Shown here: positions 28,636-38,220 of the stretch, one piece after another | Position numbering within the stretch: position 1 is the first letter of the stretch | Layout: each line of letters opens with the position of its first letter | IMG/VR virus record: IMGVR_UViG_3300025133_009608 | Location: 124,001-188,000 of that record | DNA length: 64,000 nucleotides | Strand: one strand, 5' to 3' | Notes under the pieces: model-generated | The model's input: the letters and a program-made list of their open reading frames with translations, nothing else | Databases searched by the model: none | Told to the model about the DNA's origin: nothing | Made by a program: the position numbers and the translations under genes

Positions 28636-29391
28636 TTAAATAACTATAACGCCATCATCTTTGTCGGCGGCTGCTATGAATATCTCTCGAATCGAGTGAA
28701 GCCTGTCGCTCAGATATTCGTCGGAAAGTCCAGAATCAATCATTCTCGCTCCCCTTTGCACGCTTATATCAAACGTGCCGTCATCCCTCTCTTTCATCAC
28801 TCGCGATTCGCGCCTTGTGTCTGATGGAGGAACAACGTGTTTTGCAATTTCGTCCGGGAGGTTTAATAGCCTGTTTATTTTTCGAATAACATTTGAGACA
28901 TCTTCTGCCGGTATCTCTAAAACATGTTCGTCAATGTAAAATCCAAGAATATTAAATAACTTTCTGGCGTTCCGATTTGACAAATTAACATAATCCTCTG
29001 CCAACTCGCTTCCGATGTGCATTCCCATGCCGTCGATAACTTGATCGTGCTTTAGGTCGCAGAGGTCAATAGGGTTCTTTCCATAGAATTTATTCTTTAG
29101 CTCCGCAAATCTTTCGGCGTTTTCTTCTATCCATGGGTCGTCGCTCTTGCCGTCGGAGACAAACTCTATATCATCCTTGGCTCTCTCGCACTTCCAGCAC
29201 TCATTGAGAACATCTTTCCACTCGGCATTCGCCCTTCGAACATCCATACTGGATGTCTTTAGTAATGAGGCGACCTTTTTAAACTCAGAGTAGTTGCCTT
29301 TAAGCAGCCACCGGCGCAACGCGGATAATGCCGCCTCGTCTTTCTCTTTCATGTTAGCTGCCTCTTCGGGCAAGGTTCTCGATAATTTCAT
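28636..29391 (-). CDS. hypothetical protein
   Basis: long coupled ORF. Confidence 0.8.
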   Translation of the reverse strand: MKLSRTLPEEAANMKEKDEAALSALRRWLLKGNYSEFKKVASLLKTSSMDVRRANAEWKDVLNECWKCERAKDDIEFVSDGKSDDPWIEENAERFAELKNKFYGKNPIDLCDLKHDQVIDGMGMHIGSELAEDYVNLSNRNARKLFNILGFYIDEHVLEIPAEDVSNVIRKINRLLNLPDEIAKHVVPPSDTRRESRVMKERDDGTFDISVQRGARMIDSGLSDEYLSDRLHSIREIFIAAADKDDGVIVI

Positions 29392-29908
29392 CGAGAATGT
29401 CAGCCTCTTTCGTTAAAGACTTTTGATCCAGCTCTGTGGCGATTTTTGATAGCCCCGTCAAAACAACAGAGGCTTGCGCGATAGGGTTATAAGCAGGAGT
29501 TAACCGAGCCAGGTCATCTCTCTCATCAGAGAGTCCCCATGCTGGGTGAGTGACATCATCTTTTGGCGCGAAATCTTGGTCACTTCGAGATACTGTTTCG
29601 GCTCCAACGCCAAGGTATATATCAAACATAGTAGATAGTTGATCCTCCATGCCTTGAAGCTTTTCCTTCCCGATAGATATCATATGATCCAATATCTCAA
29701 AGGGATCCTCTTCGTGCTCGCGGGCTTCAGCCTCGGCTTCTTCGAGCGAACTTTTCAAGGATTTAACTCCGCTCTGAAGCCCGGTAACAAGCTCCTGAAA
29801 GTCGGCCATATCAATAATCTTAGAGAACTCCATATCCCCTTCGATTACGGTGTCCTCGTCTGTTATCGCTTCTCTGTTGTCTTCGATTTCTATTTTTTCA
29901 TTTGACAT
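29354..29908 (-). CDS. acidic protein with C-terminal two-helix module
   Basis: C-terminal GLSKIATELDQKSLTKEADILDEII. Confidence 0.8.
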   Translation of the reverse strand: MSNEKIEIEDNREAITDEDTVIEGDMEFSKIIDMADFQELVTGLQSGVKSLKSSLEEAEAEAREHEEDPFEILDHMISIGKEKLQGMEDQLSTMFDIYLGVGAETVSRSDQDFAPKDDVTHPAWGLSDERDDLARLTPAYNPIAQASVVLTGLSKIATELDQKSLTKEADILDEIIENLARRGS

Positions 29909-30784
29909 CTTTCGTCTTTCCTAAAAATACTTTTGGTTTCTGCCCGTACTTTGTACATTGACTATCAATTTATTAGTAGCTTTGTTTTTCGGGAATTTTT
30001 TATTTTTATTTATTTTTAATATTCAGAAATCTCGGCTTGATTTGTTCTGTTGTCTTTGGTTGGTTTTCTTTCGTTATAAAAACCCACGGACCCCGAAGTT
30101 CTATAAAATATAATCCCATACCATATAGCGGGCCAGACTTTATATTTATACGAAAGAGCCGGAGGCTCTTTTATTATAAACTTATCTTATTTGGCCCACC
30201 ATGTAACCTCTGGGGGCTTGGGCTCTTTGGAATCCGTGGGCTCCTAGTTTATTATCTTTTTAAACCCCTCATCATACAGTCCGGCTTTTTCCGGTGAGCT
30301 CTGACGACAAAATTTTAAGCGAGCAGAAAAATTTATATAAAAAACTTTAAAAAAAAATTATAGGAAATTTTTAGGGGGTGCCGTTCTTATATAAAAAACA
30401 TAAAAAATTGAGCAAATTGGGCAACCACCCTACGTGCTTTATCTGCTTTTTCCCAGAAAACCCCAAAAAAAACTGCCGCGAAATAAGCTTCTCTGCGCCC
30501 CAGAAAAAAGACCTCCTCGCTCTCAGAAAAAAGACCTTCTCTCTCTCAGGAATAAAAAGACTCCCCTGTGGGAATAAAGGCCTCTCTACCCCCTATGGAT
30601 TTATTATCTTTATTCTTCTTTATGTTCTCTACCCTATAAGGATAAAAAGAATCCAAAGGACTATGGATAGCTTTTCTTTTATTGTATTCTCCTATAGAGG
30701 TATTGGGCTGGGGGTTATCCTTTTTATTATCCTATTCAACAACTGGGATAATTTATTTATTTATTGTGGGGTCGCTGGATTATA
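29909..30784. other. ~875-bp non-coding, homopolymer-rich block with ~23-bp tandem repeats (origin candidate)
   Basis: no minus-strand ORF; CAGAAAAAAGACCT at 30501 and 30524, degenerate copies at ~30547 and ~30570. Confidence 0.5.
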
Positions 30785-31123
30785 TTATCGTTCAAAATTT
30801 CTCAGATCAATTAGATCTTGCTGCCTCTCCCCCTCCCAATACTCGCGCTCCTCGTAGCCTGACAGGTTCTCGACGTAATCGTAATATGCCTCTTCATAAA
30901 TATCTTTGATTCTTGCCATCGATTGAGCTATCCTGATCATATCGTCGGGGTCCCTAGCCTCTTTCATTTCTTTTGTTAATTCCTTTAGACGAGCTGCTGG
31001 GTCCATGCGCTCGTCTTCTTCTTTCTCTGTCGCCTTCTTTATAATAGAATCTAGATAGTCTGCTTCTTTCGAAAGACCCTTGCTATCTAAGTGAGTTGCT
31101 AATTTTATTAATTCTTTAATCAT
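30785..31123 (-). CDS. protein with N-terminal two-helix module
   Basis: MIKELIKLATHLDSKGLSKEADYLD. Confidence 0.85.
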   Translation of the reverse strand: MIKELIKLATHLDSKGLSKEADYLDSIIKKATEKEEDERMDPAARLKELTKEMKEARDPDDMIRIAQSMARIKDIYEEAYYDYVENLSGYEEREYWEGERQQDLIDLRNFER

Positions 31124-31143
31124 TGTTTAATCCTTGTTTAATC

Positions 31144-31623
31144 CTAACAGCTTTTAATATGTCCCGACACGATATTCTCCCTGGATATCCGCCCATCATT
31201 GTCCAGCTCCCAAGTTAGCTCAACACTAAGCATCCCGGTATCTCCCGTGTCCATATGCATTGCATCTCGTAGGAATTCATAATTCTTACATTTCCATGAT
31301 AGTATAATTTGGTTTCCTTCTTCGCTCTTCTCTGCACATGAGTGATTATTAACATCGCCGTTGCACACCGGATTCACATCTATGGCGGCACCAGAATCAT
31401 CATAAATAAATTCAAAATCTATTTCGCCATTTGTCTCCGAAGATAGATCATCTTTAGATACCGGCTTACACCCAGAGGCTCCTGTTGCGGCAACAGCAAA
31501 ACATAGTGCGATCATAATCGGGGCTATTGCCTCCTTCTTTATAATAGAATCTAGATAGTCCGCCTCTTTCACAAGGCCTCTGCTGTCCAATTCGTTTGCT
31601 AATTTTATTAATTCTTTAATCAT
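31144..31623 (-). CDS. protein with N-terminal module followed by a hydrophobic segment and a lipobox-like ASGC
   Basis: MIKELIKLANELDSRGLVKEADYLD ... IMIALCFAVAATGASGC; start re-assigned. Confidence 0.8.
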   Translation of the reverse strand: MIKELIKLANELDSRGLVKEADYLDSIIKKEAIAPIMIALCFAVAATGASGCKPVSKDDLSSETNGEIDFEFIYDDSGAAIDVNPVCNGDVNNHSCAEKSEEGNQIILSWKCKNYEFLRDAMHMDTGDTGMLSVELTWELDNDGRISRENIVSGHIKSC

Positions 31624-31662
31624 TGTTCCATTTTCCTTAAGAATACATTTCAACGTTGAATA

Positions 31663-32247
31663 TTAATAGTTAAAACTTGCTCTATCAAACTTCCCTGAGA
31701 ATAGAACTTCTTTGTTTTCTTCTATCTTGTCGTCGGGCCATTCCCACCATTTTAATTTAAGTAGAAACTCAATGTCTTCATCGCTAAATCTTTTCCTTAT
31801 TTGCTTGGCCGGGTTCCCTCCGACGATAGCATATGGCTCCACATCTTTTACGACGTTTGCATTGGCAGCAATGACCGCTCCATCCCCGATGGTTACTCCC
31901 GACATTACAGTTGCTCCAAACCCAATCCACACATCGTTTCCGATTGTAATGTCACCATTTGATATGATTCCCGGCTCTTCTATATCATAGTGAAGGTATG
32001 TTGATGTACGTTCGGCGATATGATTTCCGCCCAAGAAAAATATGCAGTTGGTTGCTATCGAGCAATAGTCTCCAATTATTAATCGTGCATCTTCTTTTGC
32101 ATTCGGTGTCGTTTCCCATAAGAAGACTTTAGAGCTTGGGACAAAAGAGGATGTTGAGATCGTGGTTCTGGGTCCCAGAATTACTTTCGCCTCTCCTCCG
32201 AGAGTTTTGTTTATCTCTCTGTAGTTAGCTAAATCATAAATTATCAT
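31663..32247 (-). CDS. hexapeptide-repeat O-acetyltransferase (Vat/CatB xenobiotic acyltransferase-like)
   Basis: IGDYCSIA, IGNDVWIG, IGDGAVIAA, PYAIVGGNPAK.IRKRF, KWWEWP. Confidence 0.9.
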   Translation of the reverse strand: MIIYDLANYREINKTLGGEAKVILGPRTTISTSSFVPSSKVFLWETTPNAKEDARLIIGDYCSIATNCIFFLGGNHIAERTSTYLHYDIEEPGIISNGDITIGNDVWIGFGATVMSGVTIGDGAVIAANANVVKDVEPYAIVGGNPAKQIRKRFSDEDIEFLLKLKWWEWPDDKIEENKEVLFSGKFDRASFNY

Positions 32248-32258
32248 TTTCTAATTAT

Positions 32259-32624
32259 TTAAATTACTTGCATCTCTGGAGTATTCATTTCAGCCGAGTG
32301 ACCATCCAGCGGCGAATCCAATGAGAGCTCAACTATATCAAATGAGGCGCCGTGCGGCTGGCCTTCCGAGGCGGTATCTTCCGCCCAAGTTTCTTTGTAT
32401 TCTTCTTTTACTGATTCATTGTTCCAAGATTTATAATTACTAATAGCCTCTTCCGCTTTGGCTCTAGAGCTATATGCCCCCTCCACTCCCGTGGTGCTAA
32501 AGCTATCCTCTCCCAAGCTTCTATGTGCTGCGACAACAACATAAATTAAATTATTACTTTGTGCTTCTTTTATAAGATTACTATAATTTCTATCTGATGC
32601 TATCTTTATTAATTCCTTAATCAT
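32259..32624 (-). CDS. protein with truncated module (MIKELIKIASDRNY)
   Basis: first helix of module fused to KIASDRNY. Confidence 0.8.
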   Translation of the reverse strand: MIKELIKIASDRNYSNLIKEAQSNNLIYVVVAAHRSLGEDSFSTTGVEGAYSSRAKAEEAISNYKSWNNESVKEEYKETWAEDTASEGQPHGASFDIVELSLDSPLDGHSAEMNTPEMQVI

Positions 32625-32683
32625 TATTCTTTATCCTTCTTAATTATTACGAGGCTGCTTCATCTTCCTGATGGGGCCACTTG

Positions 32684-33166
32684 TTATCGCTCATAATTCT
32701 GCATAAAAAATTCGTCTTGATGGTCGCCCTCTCCCATCTCAGCAACATACTCTTCAGCGGTCTGCTTCTCGCGATTATCAAGATCGTGGGGGGCGTTACG
32801 GCCCTCTTCATCTCGGAATCTCTCCATCATATTCACCATATTAGTCAAAAACTCTTTGCCCGCGCCTTCAACAGAGTAGCTGCGATCGACTAGACTTTTA
32901 AGAGTTCTTTGATGCTCTCCTGAGTTTCTCAGAACATAGGTCAAATCCTCTTGTGATAGGCCCGGAACCAGATCTCCCAAGATATTAGCCAGAGCACCTT
33001 CAAATTGCTCAATATAATTATCGCCAGTATTTCTTGTCAGAGTGTGAATGGTTTCGTTATCAACACCCAGAGAAGCCCGCTTAATAACCGTATCCAAATA
33101 GTCTGCTTCTTTTGCCAAGCCTCTTTCATCCAGATGAGTAGCTAATTTTATTAATTCTTTAATCAT
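32684..33166 (-). CDS. protein with N-terminal two-helix module
   Basis: MIKELIKLATHLDERGLAKEADYLD; GGAG RBS. Confidence 0.85.
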   Translation of the reverse strand: MIKELIKLATHLDERGLAKEADYLDTVIKRASLGVDNETIHTLTRNTGDNYIEQFEGALANILGDLVPGLSQEDLTYVLRNSGEHQRTLKSLVDRSYSVEGAGKEFLTNMVNMMERFRDEEGRNAPHDLDNREKQTAEEYVAEMGEGDHQDEFFMQNYER

Positions 33167-33788
33167 TTGCACTCTCCATCTCTTCTAATTCTTCATCTCG
33201 CATGTTCTTATAAAGATTAAACTGATCCAGAGCGGTGGCGGTTAACGCCTTTGCTACATTCTTTTCGATAAAATACCTATAGTAATCATTTCCCCTAGCC
33301 ATGCGCGAATGGATTTCATGTGCCATCTCATTGACAAAACTTTTTAATCCTTCTTCTGCGAATTGAGCCTGACTGTGAGCTCGATCATCAGAGTTCCAGC
33401 GCCTTTCTTCATTCTCTTCCCGGGACCCATGCTCCTCAAATAGGAAGCTTATAACGCCACTCATAGAGTGCGCGCCCACTTGCGCGGGTGCGGTGTTATA
33501 CACCACGTCCCCATCCGGCCCTGACTTATCGTCAAATAGAACTATATTAAACCCGACGCTATCATCATATCGAAGCTCCGCTGCCGGAGTTATCTCATAT
33601 TTAAATAAATCCGCTCCATCGAGTTCACTTCCATTATAAATAATCTTTTCATCGGTTGATTCCACCAGGGTCAGGGAGCCTATTCTCTCTGGCCATGTGG
33701 TGTCTTTCGACTCTGCAATTTTATTTAAATTATAATTATTGATACTCGCTATCCTCTTGAGATTGCTTCTTTGTGATATCTTTTTCAT
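33159..33788 (-). CDS. acidic hypothetical protein
   Basis: start re-assigned to MKKISQ (GGGAGAG RBS); KRIAS/NKIAES N-terminus. Confidence 0.8.
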   Translation of the reverse strand: MKKISQRSNLKRIASINNYNLNKIAESKDTTWPERIGSLTLVESTDEKIIYNGSELDGADLFKYEITPAAELRYDDSVGFNIVLFDDKSGPDGDVVYNTAPAQVGAHSMSGVISFLFEEHGSREENEERRWNSDDRAHSQAQFAEEGLKSFVNEMAHEIHSRMARGNDYYRYFIEKNVAKALTATALDQFNLYKNMRDEELEEMESAND

Positions 33789-33841
33789 TTTACAACTCTC
33801 CCTATAAATACATTTCAATGTTGATTATTAATAGTTTATTT

Positions 33842-34147
33842 TTAAAATAAAAAATCCAAATGGAACAGTAATTTTCCGGCGATTTCTTTCGGGCAATTAT
33901 CTAATATATAATCTGATGATACTTGCTTATAGAATATTTCTTTATGATTGTCGGTGACCGGGGATATGGTGCCGGTCAAAGACCTTCCGGATGGAACTAC
34001 CGATACAATAGTCTTAACTCTCCACTGTGGGCCGAGGGCGTTTATATTTAAAACAAACTCTGTACCCTTAAGTATAAACTCTCCTCTTTCAAGCGAAATG
34101 GGAGAGAATAATCCGGTCTTAAAAACTTTTGAAGATAATGGGGACAT
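33842..34147 (-). CDS. hypothetical protein with C-terminal LLFHLD motif
   Basis: shares C-terminus with 48047..48337. Confidence 0.7.
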   Translation of the reverse strand: MSPLSSKVFKTGLFSPISLERGEFILKGTEFVLNINALGPQWRVKTIVSVVPSGRSLTGTISPVTDNHKEIFYKQVSSDYILDNCPKEIAGKLLFHLDFLF

Positions 34148-34156
34148 TATTAAATA

Positions 34157-34351
34157 CTAAAGATTTATTCCCAAAATCTTCTTAACCTTGTCAAGAAGGC
34201 CTATTATCTTTTCGCTGGCTTTGATATTTAATTCTATAAGCTTGCGAACGCAGTAGCCAAGGCCCGATAAAAAAAGCAGCACCACCATAAGGACCATTGC
34301 AATTAAAAAAGATATAATATTTAATACCTTTCCCATGACTATCTGGAACAT
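34157..34351 (-). CDS. small membrane protein
   Basis: hydrophobic helix. Confidence 0.55.
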   Translation of the reverse strand: MFQIVMGKVLNIISFLIAMVLMVVLLFLSGLGYCVRKLIELNIKASEKIIGLLDKVKKILGINL

Positions 34352-35238
34352 TAAACGATCGCCGTTGTTGAAGTTCCGGAATCCAAAAACGCAAGACCTT
34401 CTTGGCTTACCGATTCAATCTTCATGTGCACGTGCGGGCGAGCATCACCCGTTTCATCTCCAACTCTTCCGGAAATTAATCCGCGACTTACAGCCTCTCT
34501 TGCGACCGCAAGGGCTCCGGGGGTATTTCTAAGATCAAATGCAATACCGCGGGCGTGATTTGACATAGGGTGAGAAGTCAGCCTTCTCTCTGCGCAGCTT
34601 AGTGATTCGGCATCTGTTGCCATCTCAAAGCAGTCTGCTACAGCGTTTGCGTTATCAGGCTGAGAACTATACAATCTTACTAGATAATCTCTGCCTCTTT
34701 GCGCATCTCCGTTGCCGTTACTTTTATAATTGTTATACATCGCACGCGCCTGCCTGCCTGGGCCTCTAAATCCGGACGTCATAACCAGCGGTGGATGCCC
34801 CATCTCTTCTGCTAACAGCGCTAGAATATCTGCCGCCTTCTTTGCATCTGAGTCTAGGCCGCTATAATCAACTCCATCTTTTATTTCTATAATTGATTCT
34901 CCGGAATAATTTCTTGGACTGACCCTCTGGCGTCTCACCCAAGGAGATGTCGCCTCTGGAGGAACATATCTTCCGCGAACAGAGCTCGCTCCTCCGGCCC
35001 AAGGAGATGTCGCCTCTGGGGGAACATATCTTTGAGTATTGCCCGGCCGAGAGGCGGGAGTAGAGCTTGCATACTGAGAGGATGCTGGACCTTGGCGGTC
35101 CGTCCCATAGAATAGCTCATCTGAGTGCTGCTGTAATATATCTTGAAACCCAACGGCAAGTTTTGTTATCTCGTCAGACTCACTTTGGAGTCCTAGGTCT
35201 TTTAGTTTTTTTGCCAATAATTTTATTTTATCATTCAT
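34351..35238 (-). CDS. peptidase M15-fold Zn peptidoglycan peptidase with degenerate N-terminal module
   Basis: TSGFR..RQ, SNHARGIAFDL (SxHxxGxAxD), HVH; KIKLLAKKLKDLGLQSESDEI; RYVPPEATSPW x2. Confidence 0.8.
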   Translation of the reverse strand: MNDKIKLLAKKLKDLGLQSESDEITKLAVGFQDILQQHSDELFYGTDRQGPASSQYASSTPASRPGNTQRYVPPEATSPWAGGASSVRGRYVPPEATSPWVRRQRVSPRNYSGESIIEIKDGVDYSGLDSDAKKAADILALLAEEMGHPPLVMTSGFRGPGRQARAMYNNYKSNGNGDAQRGRDYLVRLYSSQPDNANAVADCFEMATDAESLSCAERRLTSHPMSNHARGIAFDLRNTPGALAVAREAVSRGLISGRVGDETGDARPHVHMKIESVSQEGLAFLDSGTSTTAIV

Positions 35239-35379
35239 TTTATACCCATGCGCGCGTACATACATTAAGATTTAATATTAGTAATCATAACTTTTTAGTT
35301 ATACTTAAATTATATAAAAATAGCTATACATGTCGATAGATGGATATATTTATATAATTTATCTCACCCCTTGTTCTGG

Positions 35380-35730
35380 CTATTTCTCAAGCATATCATC
35401 TTCATAATCAAGCCATATGGAGCCATAATTAAAAAAATCACTCCATGCCGTATAGTCGCCCTCATAAGCCAAGAGCCCAGACGATGAAGTCAGATCATAA
35501 AAATTACTTCCAGAATCATGTGTTAGCGGAAATAATATAGACCCACCTGGCGCGCTGTGAGCGCCAGGCTGGCTGGGATGAGTTGGGTTATTATTCTGAA
35601 GAAACTCATCTATATCGCTCTTCTCAACATCGGCAAGGATTAATTTATCTGTCGCAATACTAAAAAGTGAGTATTTATTATCATCAGTTTTTACAAAGTA
35701 AAATTTTGTCTCCGCAAATAAGTCGAGCAT
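35380..35730 (-). CDS. hypothetical protein
   Basis: AGGA RBS. Confidence 0.7.
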   Translation of the reverse strand: MLDLFAETKFYFVKTDDNKYSLFSIATDKLILADVEKSDIDEFLQNNNPTHPSQPGAHSAPGGSILFPLTHDSGSNFYDLTSSSGLLAYEGDYTAWSDFFNYGSIWLDYEDDMLEK

Positions 35731-36414
35731 TTTGTTTTCCTTTTGTTTAATAAAATAGATTATAAGCCCTTCTCAAAATGGGACGAAAAAAGCTCACATC
35801 CTACTTCAATTATTAGTTGAAAAAAGACATGAGCTTGGCTATCTTGGCAGTAGAACTGGAATATAAAATATATTTTATTCCGTGGCGCTTTGCGGTTCTA
35901 TTTGGCATTATTAATAATCAAAGCAAGTTCCTAGATTTTAAGCAAAAGAATAACCAGATAAAACGTTTATCTTATCTTGTTAAACACTATATATAATTAT
36001 ATAGAACTATCCTTACTGCTACATAAGAAATCGAGATTATTTATATTAAAAATATCTGATCTAATATTTTAATGAGTTGTCAACTTTTTGCCCAAAAATT
36101 TTTTGACATATCTTGAATATCAACTTCACATCTTTTTTGAACTTAAAGCATATAGAGATATAATATTAGACCAGATAGTATCAAAGTATATGGTCTTTAT
36201 TTGATATACCGTTGCATCTAATAGTTTAATTATTATAGATGATATGGTGTAAAAATATCTTTACGGGAAGTCAATTTTTTGCCCAAACACCCATTGCCGT
36301 GTCAATGGCGCAATAACCTCCGGGCCGAAAAGTTCGATAAATAAGATCGATTTATTATAGTAAAGTGTAAGGGGAAAGGCCTCTTGCGCCCTACTCACAA
36401 CCAAGGAAAATAAA

Positions 36415-36849
36415 ATGAGTATTTCACTATTCAATGATCAGAAGGATGTCTCCTCTGTTCAGACCATTCGCGAGACGATGAACGTCTCGCTCAGCGACGA
36501 TGGGACCCCCATCGTTTCGTTTGCCACAAATCGCGGCAAGGGATCTGGGGCTCAGTCTATGGCTGTCGCTGATTACGCCGAGTATGTCGCGGCTCTTAGT
36601 CACTTTGCTTCTAACGGAATTGAAGAGATTCCAACTGAAGACCTCTCTCCTGCGGAGACTGTCCGTCAGACTATCGCCCTTGATGACTCTGGAGTGATCT
36701 CATTCCGAGTGAAGAGCGGGAAGGGCTCAAAGCCAGCTAAGGTTGGCGCCGGAGAGTTCTCTGAAGTTACCGATCTTCTTCGCTCTACCCTTGAGGCGGT
36801 TGAAGCGGCTGCTGCCCGCCTCACTGGAAGTGACACTGAAGAAGAGTAG
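36415..36849 (+). CDS. MSISLFNDQK paralogue 1; internal tandem repeat, putative PC4/PUR-like ssDNA-binding protein
   Basis: two repeats IVSFATNRGKGSG / ISFRVKSGKGSK; own promoter (36333) and terminator. Confidence 0.8.
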   Translation: MSISLFNDQKDVSSVQTIRETMNVSLSDDGTPIVSFATNRGKGSGAQSMAVADYAEYVAALSHFASNGIEEIPTEDLSPAETVRQTIALDDSGVISFRVKSGKGSKPAKVGAGEFSEVTDLLRSTLEAVEAAAARLTGSDTEEE

Positions 36850-36870
36850 TAACTACTCTCAATAAAGCTA

Positions 36871-36908
36871 AGGCTCCACTGGTTTAATCCCCGGTGGAGC
36901 CTTTCTTT
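36871..36908 (+). terminator. intrinsic terminator
   Basis: AGGCTCCAC/GTGGAGCCT stem plus TTTCTTT. Confidence 0.8.
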
Positions 36909-37006
36909 GCTTAAGATGTCAAACTTTTGCCCAAGTGATCGATCTTTTCATAATAAATCCTCCTTGTTGCGATAGGTGCGATTGGCATGTCTTTTATTTA
37001 TTTTAC

Positions 37007-37213
37007 CTATATCTTCTTAAGCCCTTCGACCTCGCCTTCAAGCTCGAAAATTGAGACGTATGGTGTATTGCGTTCAATGGCCTGATCCCTTGCAGCTTTA
37101 AGTATAGCAAGCGCACTATCAAGAGCTGCATTCCAAGCGGCAGATTCCTTCGCGGAGCAATCCTCACTGCTCTTCCTCAGTCTATAATTTCTATCTGCCG
37201 CAATCTTTCTCAT
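37007..37213 (-). CDS. small protein starting MRKIAADRNY
   Basis: GGAGG RBS; shares 26 nt with neighbour. Confidence 0.7.
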   Translation of the reverse strand: MRKIAADRNYRLRKSSEDCSAKESAAWNAALDSALAILKAARDQAIERNTPYVSIFELEGEVEGLKKI

Positions 37214-37292
37214 AACAAATCCTCCGAGATTTAACACTTCTATCTTACAGATGCCCTATTGAGCAATCCCAATGCCGGCCAAGATTGAGAAG

Positions 37293-37670
37293 TTACTCAA
37301 TAGACAGATCGTCATATTCAGTCTGTCCGCCAAGATGTTGCTCCCGCCGCCTCTTTTGATTTTCGGACAGCGCTCGAACAATCTCAATCGATATATTTCG
37401 AATTGTCTCAGAGATTGTTGGATCAACATTAAGATGACCGCTGTTCTGTAAATGGCCAATCCAATGGGCTACATTGTCAACATCTTCCTCAAATCCTGCC
37501 ATATCCAGTTCTAAGCTGTAGCCCTTAGAGTTCGACCCTAATTCGTCCATAGCGTATTTATAATTTCTATCTGCCGCAATCTTTTTAATCACAGAGTCCA
37601 AATAGTCCGCTTCTTTTGCCAAGCCTCGCTCATCTAGATGAGTCGCTAGCTTAATCAGTTCTTTAATCAT
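37293..37670 (-). CDS. protein with N-terminal two-helix module plus KIAADRNY
   Basis: MIKELIKLATHLDERGLAKEADYLDSVIKKIAADRNY. Confidence 0.85.
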   Translation of the reverse strand: MIKELIKLATHLDERGLAKEADYLDSVIKKIAADRNYKYAMDELGSNSKGYSLELDMAGFEEDVDNVAHWIGHLQNSGHLNVDPTISETIRNISIEIVRALSENQKRRREQHLGGQTEYDDLSIE

Positions 37671-37818
37671 TATTGTAGATCCTCCGAGATTTATTATCTC
37701 TATATTTATTTAACAGTTCTATCTTGATTATTAATATATTGTCAAACTTTTGCCCAATAAATCAATCAACACATTTCGGCATCCTGCCGAATATTCCCCG
37801 TTAAAGCAGGAGGATGCC

Positions 37819-38220
37819 GTGTACTACGCTTCAACAATCGCTGTATTTAACGATAAAAAAGAAATATTAATTATCAAGCGAAGCGACAAGGCCGACAGCT
37901 ATCCTGGATACTGGGGGCTGCCAGGCGGAAAGATCGAGCAAAACGAATCTCCAGTACAAACTGCGGCTAGAGAATTAAAAGAAGAAGTAAACCTAGATGT
38001 TGACATTAAAGATTTAACTTTTCTTTATAATATAAAAAGAAGCCCCGATAAAGAAATCCTATCATTTGTTGCAGAAAATTGGACTGGAAATATAAAGCTG
38101 AACCCAGAAAGCACAGACTATCAATGGATTGATCCTGCTGATTTATTCTCAGTCAATCTTGTTCCCACTCCAGCAATCTTCGTAAAGCTATTAGAGATGT
38201 GGTCCGATCTTGTAATTTAA
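37819..38220 (+). CDS. NUDIX hydrolase
   Basis: GGKIEQNESPVQTAARELKEEVNL Nudix box; GTG start after AGGAGG. Confidence 0.9.
   Translation: MYYASTIAVFNDKKEILIIKRSDKADSYPGYWGLPGGKIEQNESPVQTAARELKEEVNLDVDIKDLTFLYNIKRSPDKEILSFVAENWTGNIKLNPESTDYQWIDPADLFSVNLVPTPAIFVKLLEMWSDLVI

Noticed and set aside
30037-30909. + strand ORFs 30037, 30378 and 30682
   Set aside because: Low-complexity K/F/L-rich translations of homopolymer DNA, opposite to local gene direction.
31663-32247. Antibiotic-resistance gene (vat/catB)
   Set aside because: Family-level similarity only; these acetyltransferases often act on sugars, so resistance cannot be inferred.
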